The notes under the pieces are model-generated. The model was not told the DNA's origin, ran no database searches, and was given only the letters and a program-made list of their open reading frames with translations. The translations under genes and the position numbers were made by a program. Shown in pieces: positions 25,330 to 37,339 of a stretch of DNA of 64,000 nucleotides (position 1 is its first letter; the number at the start of each line of letters is the position of its first letter). This stretch comes from Lama guanicoe (lineage: Eukaryota). The DNA lies in contig MU054187.1 in the NCBI GenBank assembly GCA_013239625.1, positions 1,243,587 through 1,307,586 of the forward strand, written 5' to 3'.

Positions 25330-28300
25330 TAGGTGGTCTGCACATGTGACTTTTCTTTTATTCAGCCACTTGTGCAGGGACTTGGTCAGAGGGCCTGCAT
25401 CATTCTTAGATGCTGTCAACAGTGTAGCAACAGTGTTGCACTTCCACCAGTAGTAACAGGAGGTTCCCCATTTCTCCAGCTAGCAGTTGGTGTTACCGGT
25501 TTTGTGGATCTGAACCATGTGTGTAGTGGTATCTCGTTCCATTTTAATTTACAATTTCTTTAAGATGAATGATGTGGGGCATCTTTTCAGATGCAAATTT
25601 GCTCTCTTTGTATTTTCTTTGGTGCTGTCTGTTCACAAACTTGTCCAGTTTTAAATTCTGTCATTTGTTTTCTTACTATTGAACGTGACACATTCTTTAT
25701 GTATATTGGAGGTATCTCCCTGTAAGTATTGGATACAACACCAAATATATGCTTTAAAGATATTTTCTCCGTCTCTGTGGGTGGGTTGCCTTTTAATTTT
25801 CTTAAAAGTGTATTTTGCGGAACGAAAGGTTTTTATTTTAATGAAGTCTAACACATCCATTACCAGATGGCCATAAAGATAGCTTTATTTCTTTCTCTAA
25901 GTCTATGTCACTTTTATTTGTTATTGTCGTATTGCACTAGCCTGGGCTTCCAGCATGATTTGAACAGGTATTGTGAGAAAATATGCCTTTTTCTTGTTCC
26001 TGGGCTCAGTGGGAAAGAGTCCAGTTTCTCACCATAAAGTATGACGTTAGCTGTGGGTGTTTTGTAGAAGTTCTTTGTCAGGTTGAAGAGGTTCCCCTAT
26101 GTTCCTAGTTTGCAGTGAATTTTAATCATGGTTGCATATTGAGTTCTTTCAAATGCTTCTTCTGCCTTAGTTGATATGACCATACTTGTTTTGTTTTTCA
26201 GACTTTTGATATGTGGATTATATCGGTTGAATTAAAAATGTTAAATCATCCTTGCTTGCCTGAAATAAGCCCAATCTGATGCGATATACAGTCCCTTTTA
26301 GACGTTGTCGGGCTTGATGTGCTGGTGATTTTTTGAAAATCATTGCATAAATGCTCATGAGACATACTGCTCTTAATTTTCTTTTTCTGTAATGTTTTTA
26401 AAATTGTTTTTGGTATTAGGATAATGCTGGCATCAAAAAATGCCTTAGGAAGGGTTGCCTCTGCCTCTGTGTTCTAGACGAGATCGTGGATGGCTGGTAT
26501 TAATTACTTCTTCACCAAATATGTGATAGAATGCCCAAGGACATTTTCTGGATTGGATGCTTTTTTCTAGTGTTATTATTATTGGTTCCATTTCTTTACT
26601 ACTAAAGAATATAGGCTATTTCCAGAGTATCTGTCTCTCCTCGCATGAGTTTTAGCAGTTGTGTCTTTCAAAGAACCGATCCAAGTCATCTAGGTTATCA
26701 GGGTTGTGGGCTTAGAATTGTTCATAGTGTTCCCTTCTTAACCTTTTCTTAACGTCCATGGAATCAACAGAGATGCCCCTCTTTCATCTGTGATATTGGT
26801 CATTTGCATTTTCCCTGCTTCTTAGTCTGGTGGGAGGTTCACTGATGTTTATTGATCATTTCAAAGAAGAAGTGTTTAGTTTTGATAACTTTTTTCTGTT
26901 GTGTGTGTGTGTTTTCCAGCTCACTGATTTCCTCTGTGATTTTGTTTCCTGTGTTCTTTGGGCTTTGACTGCTCCACTGTTTCTAGTTCCCTAAGCGGAA
27001 GCTTAGATCATCGACTTTAATCTCCTTTATGAGTATATGAATGTATCGCTATATAAACACATTTTACATGAATTTCTCTCTAAACATTGCTTTCACTGCT
27101 TCCCACAAATTTTGAAAAGTTCTACTTCATTTTTATTTAATTCAAAATATTTTTAAATTTCTCTCCAGACTTTTTCTTTGACTCCTGTGTTAGATGGAAA
27201 GGTATTCTCCAGATGTTTGTGGGACTTCCGAGCTATCTTTCTGGAACCGACTGCTACTTTAAGTTCTTTGTTGTCCAGGGGCACAGTGTGTAGATTTACA
27301 TTCTTTCAAAATTGTTAAGTTTTGTTTCTGGCCTAGAATCTGGTCTATCTGTGAATTTTTTATATGAGCTTGGGAAGAACAGAAAAATCCAATGCATTTT
27401 GCTGTCTTTGGATGGAGTATTGGGCCAAAGTCTGTTACCGCCGTTCCCTCCTTATCGGCAGTCTGGCTTTCCTGGATGCAGTGACCCGCGTCAACCACAG
27501 TCCAAAGATACTAAATAAAGAATTCCGGGAAGAAAGCGTCCGCGCGTTTTACGTGGTGTGCCCGCTGGGTGCGGCGCTGACGTCCCCGCTGCAGCGCGTC
27601 CGCGGGGGCCGCGTCTCCCTGCTCCGCGCCGCGCCCGCCGTCACCCCACAGCCGCGGGGCTGTTAGGTCTGCTGTCCGCTGTCGCCCTGCGTGCGATCAG
27701 GTGCCCCCGAGTTTGCTCAGGAACGTCCCCGGAGCGCAGGAAGAGCGGCACTGCGGCTCGCTGAGCCACAGAGAAGCGGTGAAGTGCCTCCTGCAGGTGA
27801 AAAGCGGCGCTCGGGGCGCGGCGCCGAGAGGGGGCGCGGCTGGGCTGCCGACACCCGCCCGGAGAACGGGCCTTCCGCCCGAAACTGCCAGGAAGGAGAC
27901 GGGAACGTGCCCCAGGTTTGCCGTTGCCCCTCACGCTGCGAGAGTTAGGGCCGCGGTTCCGGGGTTACGTTGCGGTGCTTAATTAAGACGGAAAAGGCGT
28001 TCACTTTGTGCGGTAGGATAATTTGAGAGCGAGAGAAGCCACATTCACATGACTTTGTGACAGGATACGGTTCCAGTTGTTCCATTTAATTGTTAGTCAT
28101 TGTTGTTCGTCTCTTGTTGTGTCTAATTTATAATTAAACTTCATCACAGGTGGGTACGTCCGGGATAAAACCGTCCACACAGGGCTCCGGGGTGCCCGGG
28201 GCTCCAGCCATCACCGGGGTGGTGGGGCGCGCCCCCTGTGGACGGGGGTGGTACTGCATAGCGCTTGAGCGACTGCTGTTCAGTCAACTCCGTCCTCACC

Positions 28301-28500
28301 GAGTCGCTGGCTGCTTGAACTCTGATACTGGATACGTCTGCTTCTCCTCTGAGTTCTGTCAGTATTTGCCGCATATATTTTGCCGCTTTGTTGTTAGGTG
28401 TTTAGCATCACTACGTATCCACAGGGAGTCCACCACTTAATTGCTGTTTAATGCTTCTCTTCAGCCTGGATGATTTTTCCCGTTCTCAGGTCGGCTTTGT
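25330..28500 (-). mobile_element. Old L1 ORF2/3' fragment, antisense, interrupted by MER44
   Basis: Remnants MDVLDFIKIKTFRSAKYTFKKIKRQPT and SQIDQILGQKQNL; the L1 sequence resumes on both sides of 27438-28256. Confidence 0.8.
27438..28256 (+). mobile_element. MER44 / Tigger7-derived TcMar DNA transposon, strongly GC-shifted
   Basis: TA|CCGCCGTTCCCTCCTTATC… and …GGACGGGGGTGGTACTG|CA are degenerate Tigger7 TIRs; transposase N-terminal remnants PQRSGEVPPAGEK and ETARKETGTCPRFAVAPHAARVRAAV; diagnostic gagagaagccacattcacatgacttt…ctaatttataattaaacttcatc. Confidence 0.85.
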
Positions 28501-29614
28501 GCGTTCGTTTCCTGTGACAAATGCACTATACTAATGCGGGACGTTGTAACAGGGGAAGCTGAGTGTAGGCTGTATGGGAACCCTGTACTATTTTTGTTCA
28601 ATTTTGTATAAACCTGCAACTGTTCCAACATTAAATATTTGTATTAAACATGAATAGAATGGTACTTACCATGATCTCATTTTCTTTTCCTTGTCTTTGA
28701 CTTTTGTTTGCACTGCCTCCCATCAGAAGGCCAGCATCTTGGGAGTGAGAACCGTCTCTCTTCCCTCCAGTGCTCTGCGCGCTGACCCAGGGCAGGCGAG
28801 CATGAGCCGCGGGCGCAGCAAACGAGACAGCCCCGCTGGTGCCAGGGTTCTCCTCCCCTCTTGTAAACCTCACTCCCGCTTCGCTTCTCACTCTTTCCAA
28901 ATAATTCCCACAGCTTTCGTATCAACCGACATAGAAGCTTTTACCAACTTAAGAAAAGTTTCAGACAGCAGCCCTTGGCCTGCTGGTTTTAAAACACTGT
29001 CTTCCTTCTCCCACCAAGAGCCGCGGGATAGAGTGGAGGCAACGGCACCCCGTCTCCACCTACCGCTCGCGGAAGCTCCCTTTGAGGTGCTCTTCGGGCT
29101 CTGAGTCATTCTTAATGCGTCTCTACATTTGGTTGCTTCAGGATTTAATCCGGCTCCATTCTTCAGTTGCACATTTTAAGGTTTGAGTTCCTGCTTATCT
29201 GCTTCTGTGTCCCAGCTGAGGCTTTCTGAATGAGATACCAGGTTTGGCAAGACTTTGAGACCCTTTCTGCTCCTGAAACCCGACCGCGGTCTTCCTTCTC
29301 CCCGCTGGAGTGACGTGCTGGTCGTCACGCAGGGGTGCTGTGCGGTGCTTTGCCTTCAGGACTTCTGGGACAACGCCCTGCTCTTTCTTCAGCAGTGAGC
29401 TGTGTCCGTGGAGCGCGCACAGCCGAGGGCGGGCGAGGGGGTGCGGGCAGCAGCGGGCAGCCTGCCTGCTGCTCCCTGAGCCGGGCGCGCCGCGGGGCGG
29501 GGGCCCCGGGGGTGTGGGCAGAACCAGGGTCAAACCCGAGTTCTTCCCATTCCACATAGTGTGATTTCTGACCAAACACAAAGGTTTCCCCACACTGAGT
29601 GAATCTGAAGACAG

Positions 29615-29708
29615 TAAAATGAAAATACAGGTACTGTATTTACTGGGGAAAATGTGTATATTAGCAGGTCCGTGCAGTTCAAAGGAGTGCTGCTCCAGGG
29701 TCCCTGTG
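29615..29708 (+). mobile_element. Tigger2/MER8-like DNA transposon end
   Basis: tactgtatttactggggaaaatgtgtatattagcaggtccgtgcagttcaaa…cagggtccctg resembles the Tigger2 3' terminus. Confidence 0.6.
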
Positions 29709-30461
29709 TTTACAGACGTTGCCTCTTTCTCTTTCTCAGGGTGAGTGGTGTGTCCTCAGGCTGCCACTGGCTTGGTTTTCTGGGGGCTTATCCCGTGTTA
29801 GACAGCTCAGTAGTCTAAGTGTGGGAGACCTGCTTGTGGCTCTGAAGGTGAGAAAGTGAACGTGCAGGCCTAGTCAGAGGCTGCCGAGTGCGTCTCACTG
29901 GTGCCCCATGCATGTGTTGAATGCGTTTATTAGTAAAGTACTTCTACTCTGGAGGTACACAGAGGTTCTATACTAAAGCATTTTATGTGAAACCCTTCTT
30001 TCCGTTTAAACTAATCCAATTATTTTTCTAGCATTAGGTACATTTGTGAAGTAAGCACGAGACACCAGGCTCTTCTCTGAGCATCTCCCTGGTGCTGAAC
30101 CACCTGGTCTTCGTGAAGTCGCTGGGGAGAAGCGACTACCGCTGTTGGTTCACAGGGAGCAGGTGTGTCCTAGAGGGATAAGTCAGTGCCCCGGGCTGTT
30201 CAGCTGGCCAGTTGCGGAGAGAGAACTCAGATGAACAGAATCTCACGCTAAGGCTCAGGTTTTAACAAGGACTTGCCATCTAGAGTGAACGGTTTGGGTG
30301 ATTTTGTTACAGTAATCTTTCTTCCAAAGACATAGTCAAAGTTAAAGTTCCTGGCTTTTTTTTTTCTTTTCTTTTTCATTAGGAATGTGATAGAGTTTGG
30401 GTGTTAAGGGACTCTTCTGATTATTCAGATTTCTGTTCTGAATCTCATCTAATGCCAACCA

Positions 30462-31160
30462 TTTTTTAAAAACCTGAAGTGTAGTTTGTTTAAAACATTG
30501 TGTCAATTTCTGGTGTACAGCATAGTGATTCAGTTATACATATACATATGTTCCTTGTCATATTCTTTTTCATTATAGGCCATTATAAGATATTGAGTAT
30601 AGTTCCCTGTGCTATATAGTAGGACCTTGCTGTTTATCTATTTTCTTTTATTTTTTAAAAAAAATGTAATTGAAGTCTAGTCAGTTCACAATGTTGCATC
30701 AATTTCTGGTGTCCAGCATCATGTTTCAGTCATACACATACATACATATATTCCTTTTCATTACAGGTTACTACCAGATATTGTATATAGCTCCCTGTGC
30801 TATATACAGGGAACTATACACAAGATAAACTTGTTGTTTATCTATTTTATATAGAGTAGTTAGTATCTGCAAATCTCAAAATCCCAATTTACCCCTTCTC
30901 ATACCCTTTCTGCCCTGGTAACCATGAGTTTGTTTTCTATGTGAGTCTGTTTCTATTTTACAGATAAGTTCATTTGTGTCCTTTTTTTTTTTTTTAGGTT
31001 CTACATGTAAGTGATATCATATGGTGTTTGTTTTTCTCTTTCTGGCTACTTCACTTGGTATGAAAATATCCAGGTCCATCCGTGTTGCTGCAAACGGCAT
31101 TATTTTATTCTTTTTATGGCTGAGTAGTATTCCACTGTATAAATATACCACAGCTTCTCT
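30462..31160 (-). mobile_element. Two stacked artiodactyl-type L1 3' ends, antisense
   Basis: The segment (…atttctggtgt…tccctgtgctatata…gtttatctatttt) occurs twice; remnant KLWYIYTVEYYSAIK is the L1 ORF2 C-terminus. Confidence 0.85.
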
Positions 31161-33721
31161 CTAACCATTTTTAAGTGCTCCAAATCTGTAACATGTTTTG
31201 TGTGAACAGAAAAATGCCTTCTCTCCTGCAGCCTCTGGAATGGGTTTCTTAGTGCCTGTTCTTCACTTCTGTCCCCTTGGGGGGACATTCTTGGCTGTTT
31301 TCTCTGTCCTATCCAGCTTTCCTCGCCACCTCAGTGTCCCCGATGGCTTGTCTACCTGTGTCTGTAGAGCCTTAGGTTTAATGTGGTGTGAGATCTGTGT
31401 ATCCTGCTTCCTCATGACTCCTTGGGGGTCCCTGTCCCGTCCTCTGATCTGCCAGCCCAGGCTTGAGTCCAGTGCCATTGTGGCTCCTGGGCCCGGCTGC
31501 CATCACCCCCTCGGAGTCCTCTGTCTCCAGCTGGCTGTGGGGCTCTGCTCCTCGTCTGTGCACTGCCTCGCTCCTCTGCTGACACTGTCCCCAAATCCCT
31601 GACTTCATCCTCCTGTCTGAAATATCTAGTTTCTATGACAAGATCTTGACAGTTCCAGATACTTATCTATGTTTCAGATTTTCCTGGGCCCTTAATGAAT
31701 GCAGTTAGATTTTTTCACTGCAGAATTTCAGTAAATGTTTTGTTGATTAGGAGATTAAATTGGATGAGGAAAGTTTATAAAAATAGGTGAATTCCTAAGA
31801 ATGGAGACTATAAAATCATCAGGCCTTAGTCTAAATGAGGAAAGAACACCTCAGGCTGGAACTCCATGCCGAATATCTTAAATGAAATGCTTGCATGTTG
31901 TTTCAGCCCTTCCTACCGCACATCTGACCTTCCAGCCCGTGTTAAGCCTCTCCCTCCATGCCCCCATCCCTGCCTTCGCCCCCACGCTATCCTTGCCCTG
32001 ACTGTGGGGCCCAAGGGGATCGGGCAGATGCCATCAGCTTGTCCTTCTCCAGCAGGAGCAGATTTAACTCTGGGCAGCCCACGGTCAGGTGCGAGCAGCT
32101 GCCTTTGGGAGAGGTTCGGCCACTTTTAGTCCACGATGTGAGATATCTTGAAAATCACAGGAGAGAAATATGCCTGCGTCCACTGCAGCAGTCGGAGGTG
32201 TAATGCTTGGTTCACTTGAATTTATTTACTATTTACCCGGAGAGGCTTTTGGGCAAGGGACATACAGCATCATAAAAATCCAGAGAAAATAAACGGAAAC
32301 AACCTGCTGGTTAGCACTAAAATAATTAGATGAGACACACCTTGGCATGAAAATGGCAACAACGCAAAGCTTGCGGAAAGCACTTATGTCTCAGGTCTTT
32401 CCCTCACACTGGCTCGATGCTGAAGGTCTGGTCAAAGGCGTTTTATATTCCTAACAGAAGTCACCTTTGATGCCCAGTCTAATCTATACAATTATAATTA
32501 AAACCTTAAAGTGGTTAAAAATTGTTTATTTTCACAACAGAAATTAGCCTGTATTTAACAATAAAAATATTTCATTGAAAGAATTACAGGTGGTAGAAAT
32601 GAGGGAACACACCTTGAAGCTAATGTAGCTTAAATACTATGAGAGACACAAAACCATGATTAGCATTATTTTTATTAACAAACAGGTATTGAGTATCCAA
32701 TGTACACATCACAGCTCTCGGATAAGATTATCAGACTAGAAACTCTTTTCTTTTCGCAGAGTGTGTCTTTTGAGAGGATAGCCCCCGCAAAGCTGAGCTG
32801 CCGTAGTTTGAACACAATCTAAGACAGAGTTAGTGATTGATAGACTAAATATATATATATATAGTGCTTTATTTTGAGATTTTCATACTTTGTCCCTATA
32901 ATCACTTACGGTCTATATATTCAAGGAGTGTAAAGTTTGTGCTTCTCACTGGGCAGCAAATAACTTGGACCACATCAAATGAAATTCAGAGCCTCTGCTG
33001 TCCCCCCGTGTTACCACCTCTGGGACGGCACATGAAGTGGCCTCCTCTGTGTCACTCTGGACTGGGTGAGAGAACTCCTCATGTCTCTCTGAGGTGAGTT
33101 CTCATCGGCAGTCGGGAGGAAGCTCTGTGTCTCCCAGTTGCCCCAGAAAGAGCCGGATGACGAGTTGGGGAAATGTCTAAGAGTTCCTTTTGAGCCTCTT
33201 GGCCGAGCAACGTCAAAGAGGAGACGTGCTGGGTTGTGCCTCATGGCGTTCTTCACGAGGCACTCGCTGTTGCTCCCAGTTGATGGTGTAGTTTCTGCCC
33301 AGGGATGAAGGTCCCAGGGTCCGCCCAGCCAGAAACAGAAACAGTGCTGGTCCTGGAGCTTCAGCCGCGACCCAGGTGGCACAGACGCACTGACAGAGCC
33401 TCCAGCTTATGAGGCCCAGACAGGAGTGGTCAGCAGTGCTGAGGGGACGGCTCCCCACCAGTGATCTGGCAGTTGGGGCCCCATCAGTCTTTTTTGGCTC
33501 CCCAAGCTGAGCTGGGAGCTGCTGCCCAGGTTGCTATGGGGACAGAGGGACAGGAGACAGGGAGTAAGTGCATCCTTTCTTCTCTCGTGACTGCAGACAT
33601 GGACCCCACGCTCAGGACGGCAGGTGTGACGACAGCAGGTGGAGAGAGGGTGAAGGCGTTTCCACCACATCAGGCTCGGGCAGGGAGCCCCGCATCTCTT
33701 CCTCCCACCTACTTACACCTG

Positions 33722-33950
33722 CTTTTTGTAAAAATGGAAGTATAGTCAATTTACAGTGTCTCAGGGGTACAGCAAAGTATGTTTTATATATATATATTTT
33801 TTAATTTTTTGGATTCTTTTCCATTATAAGTTATTACAAGATATGGAATACAGTTCCCTGTGCTGCACAGTAGGTCCTTGTTGTTTACTATTTTATGTAT
33901 AGTAGTGTGTGCTAATCCCAAATCCCTAATTTATCTCCCCTCCCCTCCTT
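33722..33950 (-). mobile_element. Artiodactyl-type L1 3' tail fragment
   Basis: gaagtatagtcaatttacagtg…cagttccctgtgctgcacagtaggtccttgttg, homologous to the 30462 copies. Confidence 0.8.
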
Positions 33951-36663
33951 CTGTTTTTCAATATAAACGCTGGTGAGAATTACAGCCAGTGGATTTCTCC
34001 AGGGCGGCTTCATTTGAAACACCACATGGGAGTTCACCTACCCTCCATGGACGCTCATTCTTCTAAAATCTCTGACTGAGCATAAACCAACTCAGCTTCA
34101 TATCTCAAGTGACCAGCCTGTAGGCTTCAGAAATGGGCATTCGTTGTCTTTGACTCATTGAAAGAGACAGAGCTTGAGTTCCCTGGTACCCAGCCACTGC
34201 CCTGGGGCCACGCCAGATCCGTAAGATTCCAGGCGGCCTCTGACACGAGGCGGCTTTGGACCAGAGGGGTTGATGCCCTGGCACCCACTGTGTTTAACAC
34301 ATTGTCATGATCTGTTTACTCTTCCCTTAAAGTGTCTGTGGATTGAGACGAAGGCTCACGTGGTTTTCAGAGGCCTGGAATGAGGAGGTCTGAAGGAGGG
34401 AACAGGAGGGTTCCCCAAAGAGTCTTTTTGGTTTTTGCTTTTGTCATTTGGGGACCAGGTAGCAGGATGTCCTTTGGGACTCTTCCAAGTAGAGAAGGAG
34501 ACTTGAGAGACATCTGAGAAAACAAAATCAAAAGGCAATAAGTTGATAATTTGCTAAGGGCCATCCTTCTGTATTCTCAGTAATTTCCATCCAAATAAGA
34601 TGAGGACACACTCGGTTTCCAGATAAAGTGCCTGCGTCTCATAAAGTCACGCATTCTGCCCAGTTCATTAAATACCTGAATGGCTTTTATAACTGTCAGG
34701 TCTCCACCAGTTTTGTGTGTGATAAATTCCTCTGAAGACTGAGATTGGAAGTAGCAAAGTGAATGTATTTTCCTTCAGGTATTTAGCAACATATAAGGCA
34801 TATTGTTTTCTCCTCGGTCATCTAACGCATAACATTTGAGACACACGGCTCTGCTCTCGAGTATCTGAAATGACCGGGCTTGCAGAGGAGCCACTGCTCC
34901 CTGGGGCCGGACAGCCGCGCTTCTCCTGTACGGACTTCGGGCTCGGAGGAGACGCTGGCGGAACCTGCCCTGGTGGCCGGGCCATGGTGCCTGTGTCTCA
35001 GGGTGTTCATGTTGTGCTCAGCGTGCACCCCAGGGGGACGGCACTTAAAAGTCAAAATAACACATTTAAGTGACTTCCATGATAGGATGAGATGACAGAG
35101 TGTGGAAGGAAAGGGTACAGGCAGTTCAGATAGTGACTTCTTAGTTCTGTGTTGTGCCCACAGGTTGGGATAAAATGCACAAACACACACACTTACAACT
35201 GTGTCTGAGGTTGCACATCCCATGTGGTGTCGCCACACCCCGCTTTGTTTTTCAGACATTGGCAGTTCGTTTTGTATAAGATGATCTGACACAGAATTCT
35301 GCAAAAATAAGGAAACATGATCTCTCTCCTTTCCTTCAACGATTCTCCTTAAATTGGGTGCACTGTTTACAAACTAGACACTCGTGTCGCTGTGGTGTTG
35401 ATGTTGTGGATTCAGAGTAAATACGTGCATTGCTTCTTGCAGGCTGCTGTGGGCGCGCAGTGTTGCCACCGCACCTCGCCTGACTCCGTGGGCTCTGGTC
35501 CCTTTGACAGCACACTGTTTCGCGCCCTTGTGGGGCTGGCTTGGTGCAGGTGATTCACTGTGTGTCATCGGGCCCCCACTCCCCCTGCGGGTGCTTCTGA
35601 GGAGTGGAGGGCCTCTCGCAGGTCCGGCCCCGCACCGCGGCGTGGGGGGGGCTGCCTGTCCCACAGGGGGCGGCCGGCCCTCCCTGGGGAGGCCCCGGGC
35701 TTCCCAGTCAGCTCCACCTCTACGTCTGCCTTTCAGAGTCGCACCGCCGTCGTCTCGCGCTTTCCTCGGTGTTTGCTAGTTGCACTTACTGGGTGAGAGA
35801 ACTTTACCACATCTCGCAGGGACCAGAAGTCACTCTCAGTCATTTTGACAGTCAATTCTTGAACGACCTAATGACGAACCCTTTTTCTGTGTTTAATGAC
35901 AAATTACGCTCATGTGATTGTTACCTGCTTCGCTGTGTTCTTAACTCTCCTCTTAGTTTGTGAGATAATTATGGCTATGCTTAGATCTTCTCCAGCTATG
36001 TTTGCTGCAAGTGACCCTCAGCTCCTTGACCTTTTAGTATTGCTTGCATTGGTCTTGGTGTAATATTTTGAGAAACTAGCATCTTTTAACTGGAAGAAAT
36101 AGACCCAGTAATTCCATAATTTGGAAAGTTTTGCGACTCTGATAATAAGGGTCTCCCTCATTGCTCTAAACTTTCAGGGAAAGGAAAAGAAAATATGCCA
36201 TGGTATCATGGGGAAATAACAGCTGTTTATTGTTTGCAAAACGGTTTGAGTGAGTTGGAATGATTTAATTAATTAGAATTAGCACCCTGGTCGACAGCTA
36301 CGGGACCATTCATTTATACGTCTCCAAACAATACATCACGGATACTCAATAAATATTTATTAAATCAGTAAATGCAGTGGTTTGAGCAGTGCATCTTTCT
36401 GTAGACTGAACACAGACCATAGAGCCTCAAGAGAGGCTCAGTGCACGTGCGTGGACGATGACGACGTTGTGAGTGAACAGGGACTACGGTGGTGGGAAGA
36501 GGGCAGTGGCGGGCTGGTTCCTGCAGCATGAGAGAGCCTGTCCCCTCTGTCTTCCACGAAGAGCTTTGACCACTAGGAAAAACTGTGAGAGGTGGAAAAA
36601 ACAACCAGTTATTTCAAGGATTTTCAATAATATACAAATTTTTGGCAGGCATACTGATAATGA

Positions 36664-36687
36664 GATGATGATGATGATGATGATGAT
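36664..36687. repeat. (GAT)8 trinucleotide repeat inside an SNTG1 splice-acceptor region
   Basis: Directly visible; ends 14 nt before exon start 36702. Confidence 0.95.
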
Positions 36688-36701
36688 TATTTTTGCATTA
36701 G

Positions 36702-36804
36702 GTTCAAGTTCTTCGAAATGCTGGAGAAGAAGTGACCCTAACGGTCTCATTTCTGAAAAGAGCACCTGCTTTCCTCAAGCTCCCACTGAACGAAGACTGT
36801 GCGT
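36702..36804 (+). CDS. SNTG1: SNTG1 coding exon (103 nt): VQVLRNAGEEVTLTVSFLKRAPAFLKLPLNEDCA(C) (PDZ end)
   Basis: tttttgcattAG acceptor; T|GTAAGC donor at 36805; phase 0 to 1. Confidence 0.95.
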
Positions 36805-37339
36805 GTAAGCATTTGTGAAGAGCAGGTGAAATGCTCTCATTGTCATATTTACCTCCTAGACCATTATTTCCTGACAGCAGTTAGTAATTCCTTTTTAAAG
36901 CTGGGATTTTTGCCTGAATACAAACTTTAAAAGGAAAATATTGCAAAGCATTCTATTAGCCCTTCTGCAAAGGGAACAGATGCTGCTTTTTGTTTCAGAA
37001 TATATTCACGTTTAGTTGTTTTCCAGCCTATAATTGGGGAAGTGTTTTTATCTTAAAAATAAATATCATGTCAAATATATGCATTTTGTATCTCTATTAA
37101 ATTTCATTCATAATATTTGATGAATGTGTATTCTCTAAGTAGAAAAGAATATACTCTGATTTGGCTACTGAACTGAATAAATAAACATTTACACTTAATT
37201 TGTCCTGATGAGAATGCGGGGATTGAAGGAAGCACCAGTCTATGTGGAAGTGTAACAGTTTCCATAAGCGCCACTCAAAGATTTCTGTATCTTCTTGCAT
37301 ATTGTGAAATGAAATGCATATTATCTGATACTTTTTGCT

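Noticed and set aside
27530..27990. Conserved CpG-island promoter of a nested gene, or an intact domesticated transposase
   Set aside because: The sequence is a MER44 fossil with frameshifts and stops, and no linked exons were found. It is kept only as a GC-peak finding.
36473..36808. ORF with a poly-Met tract
   Set aside because: An artefact of the intronic (GAT)8 repeat; it is out of frame with the real exon.
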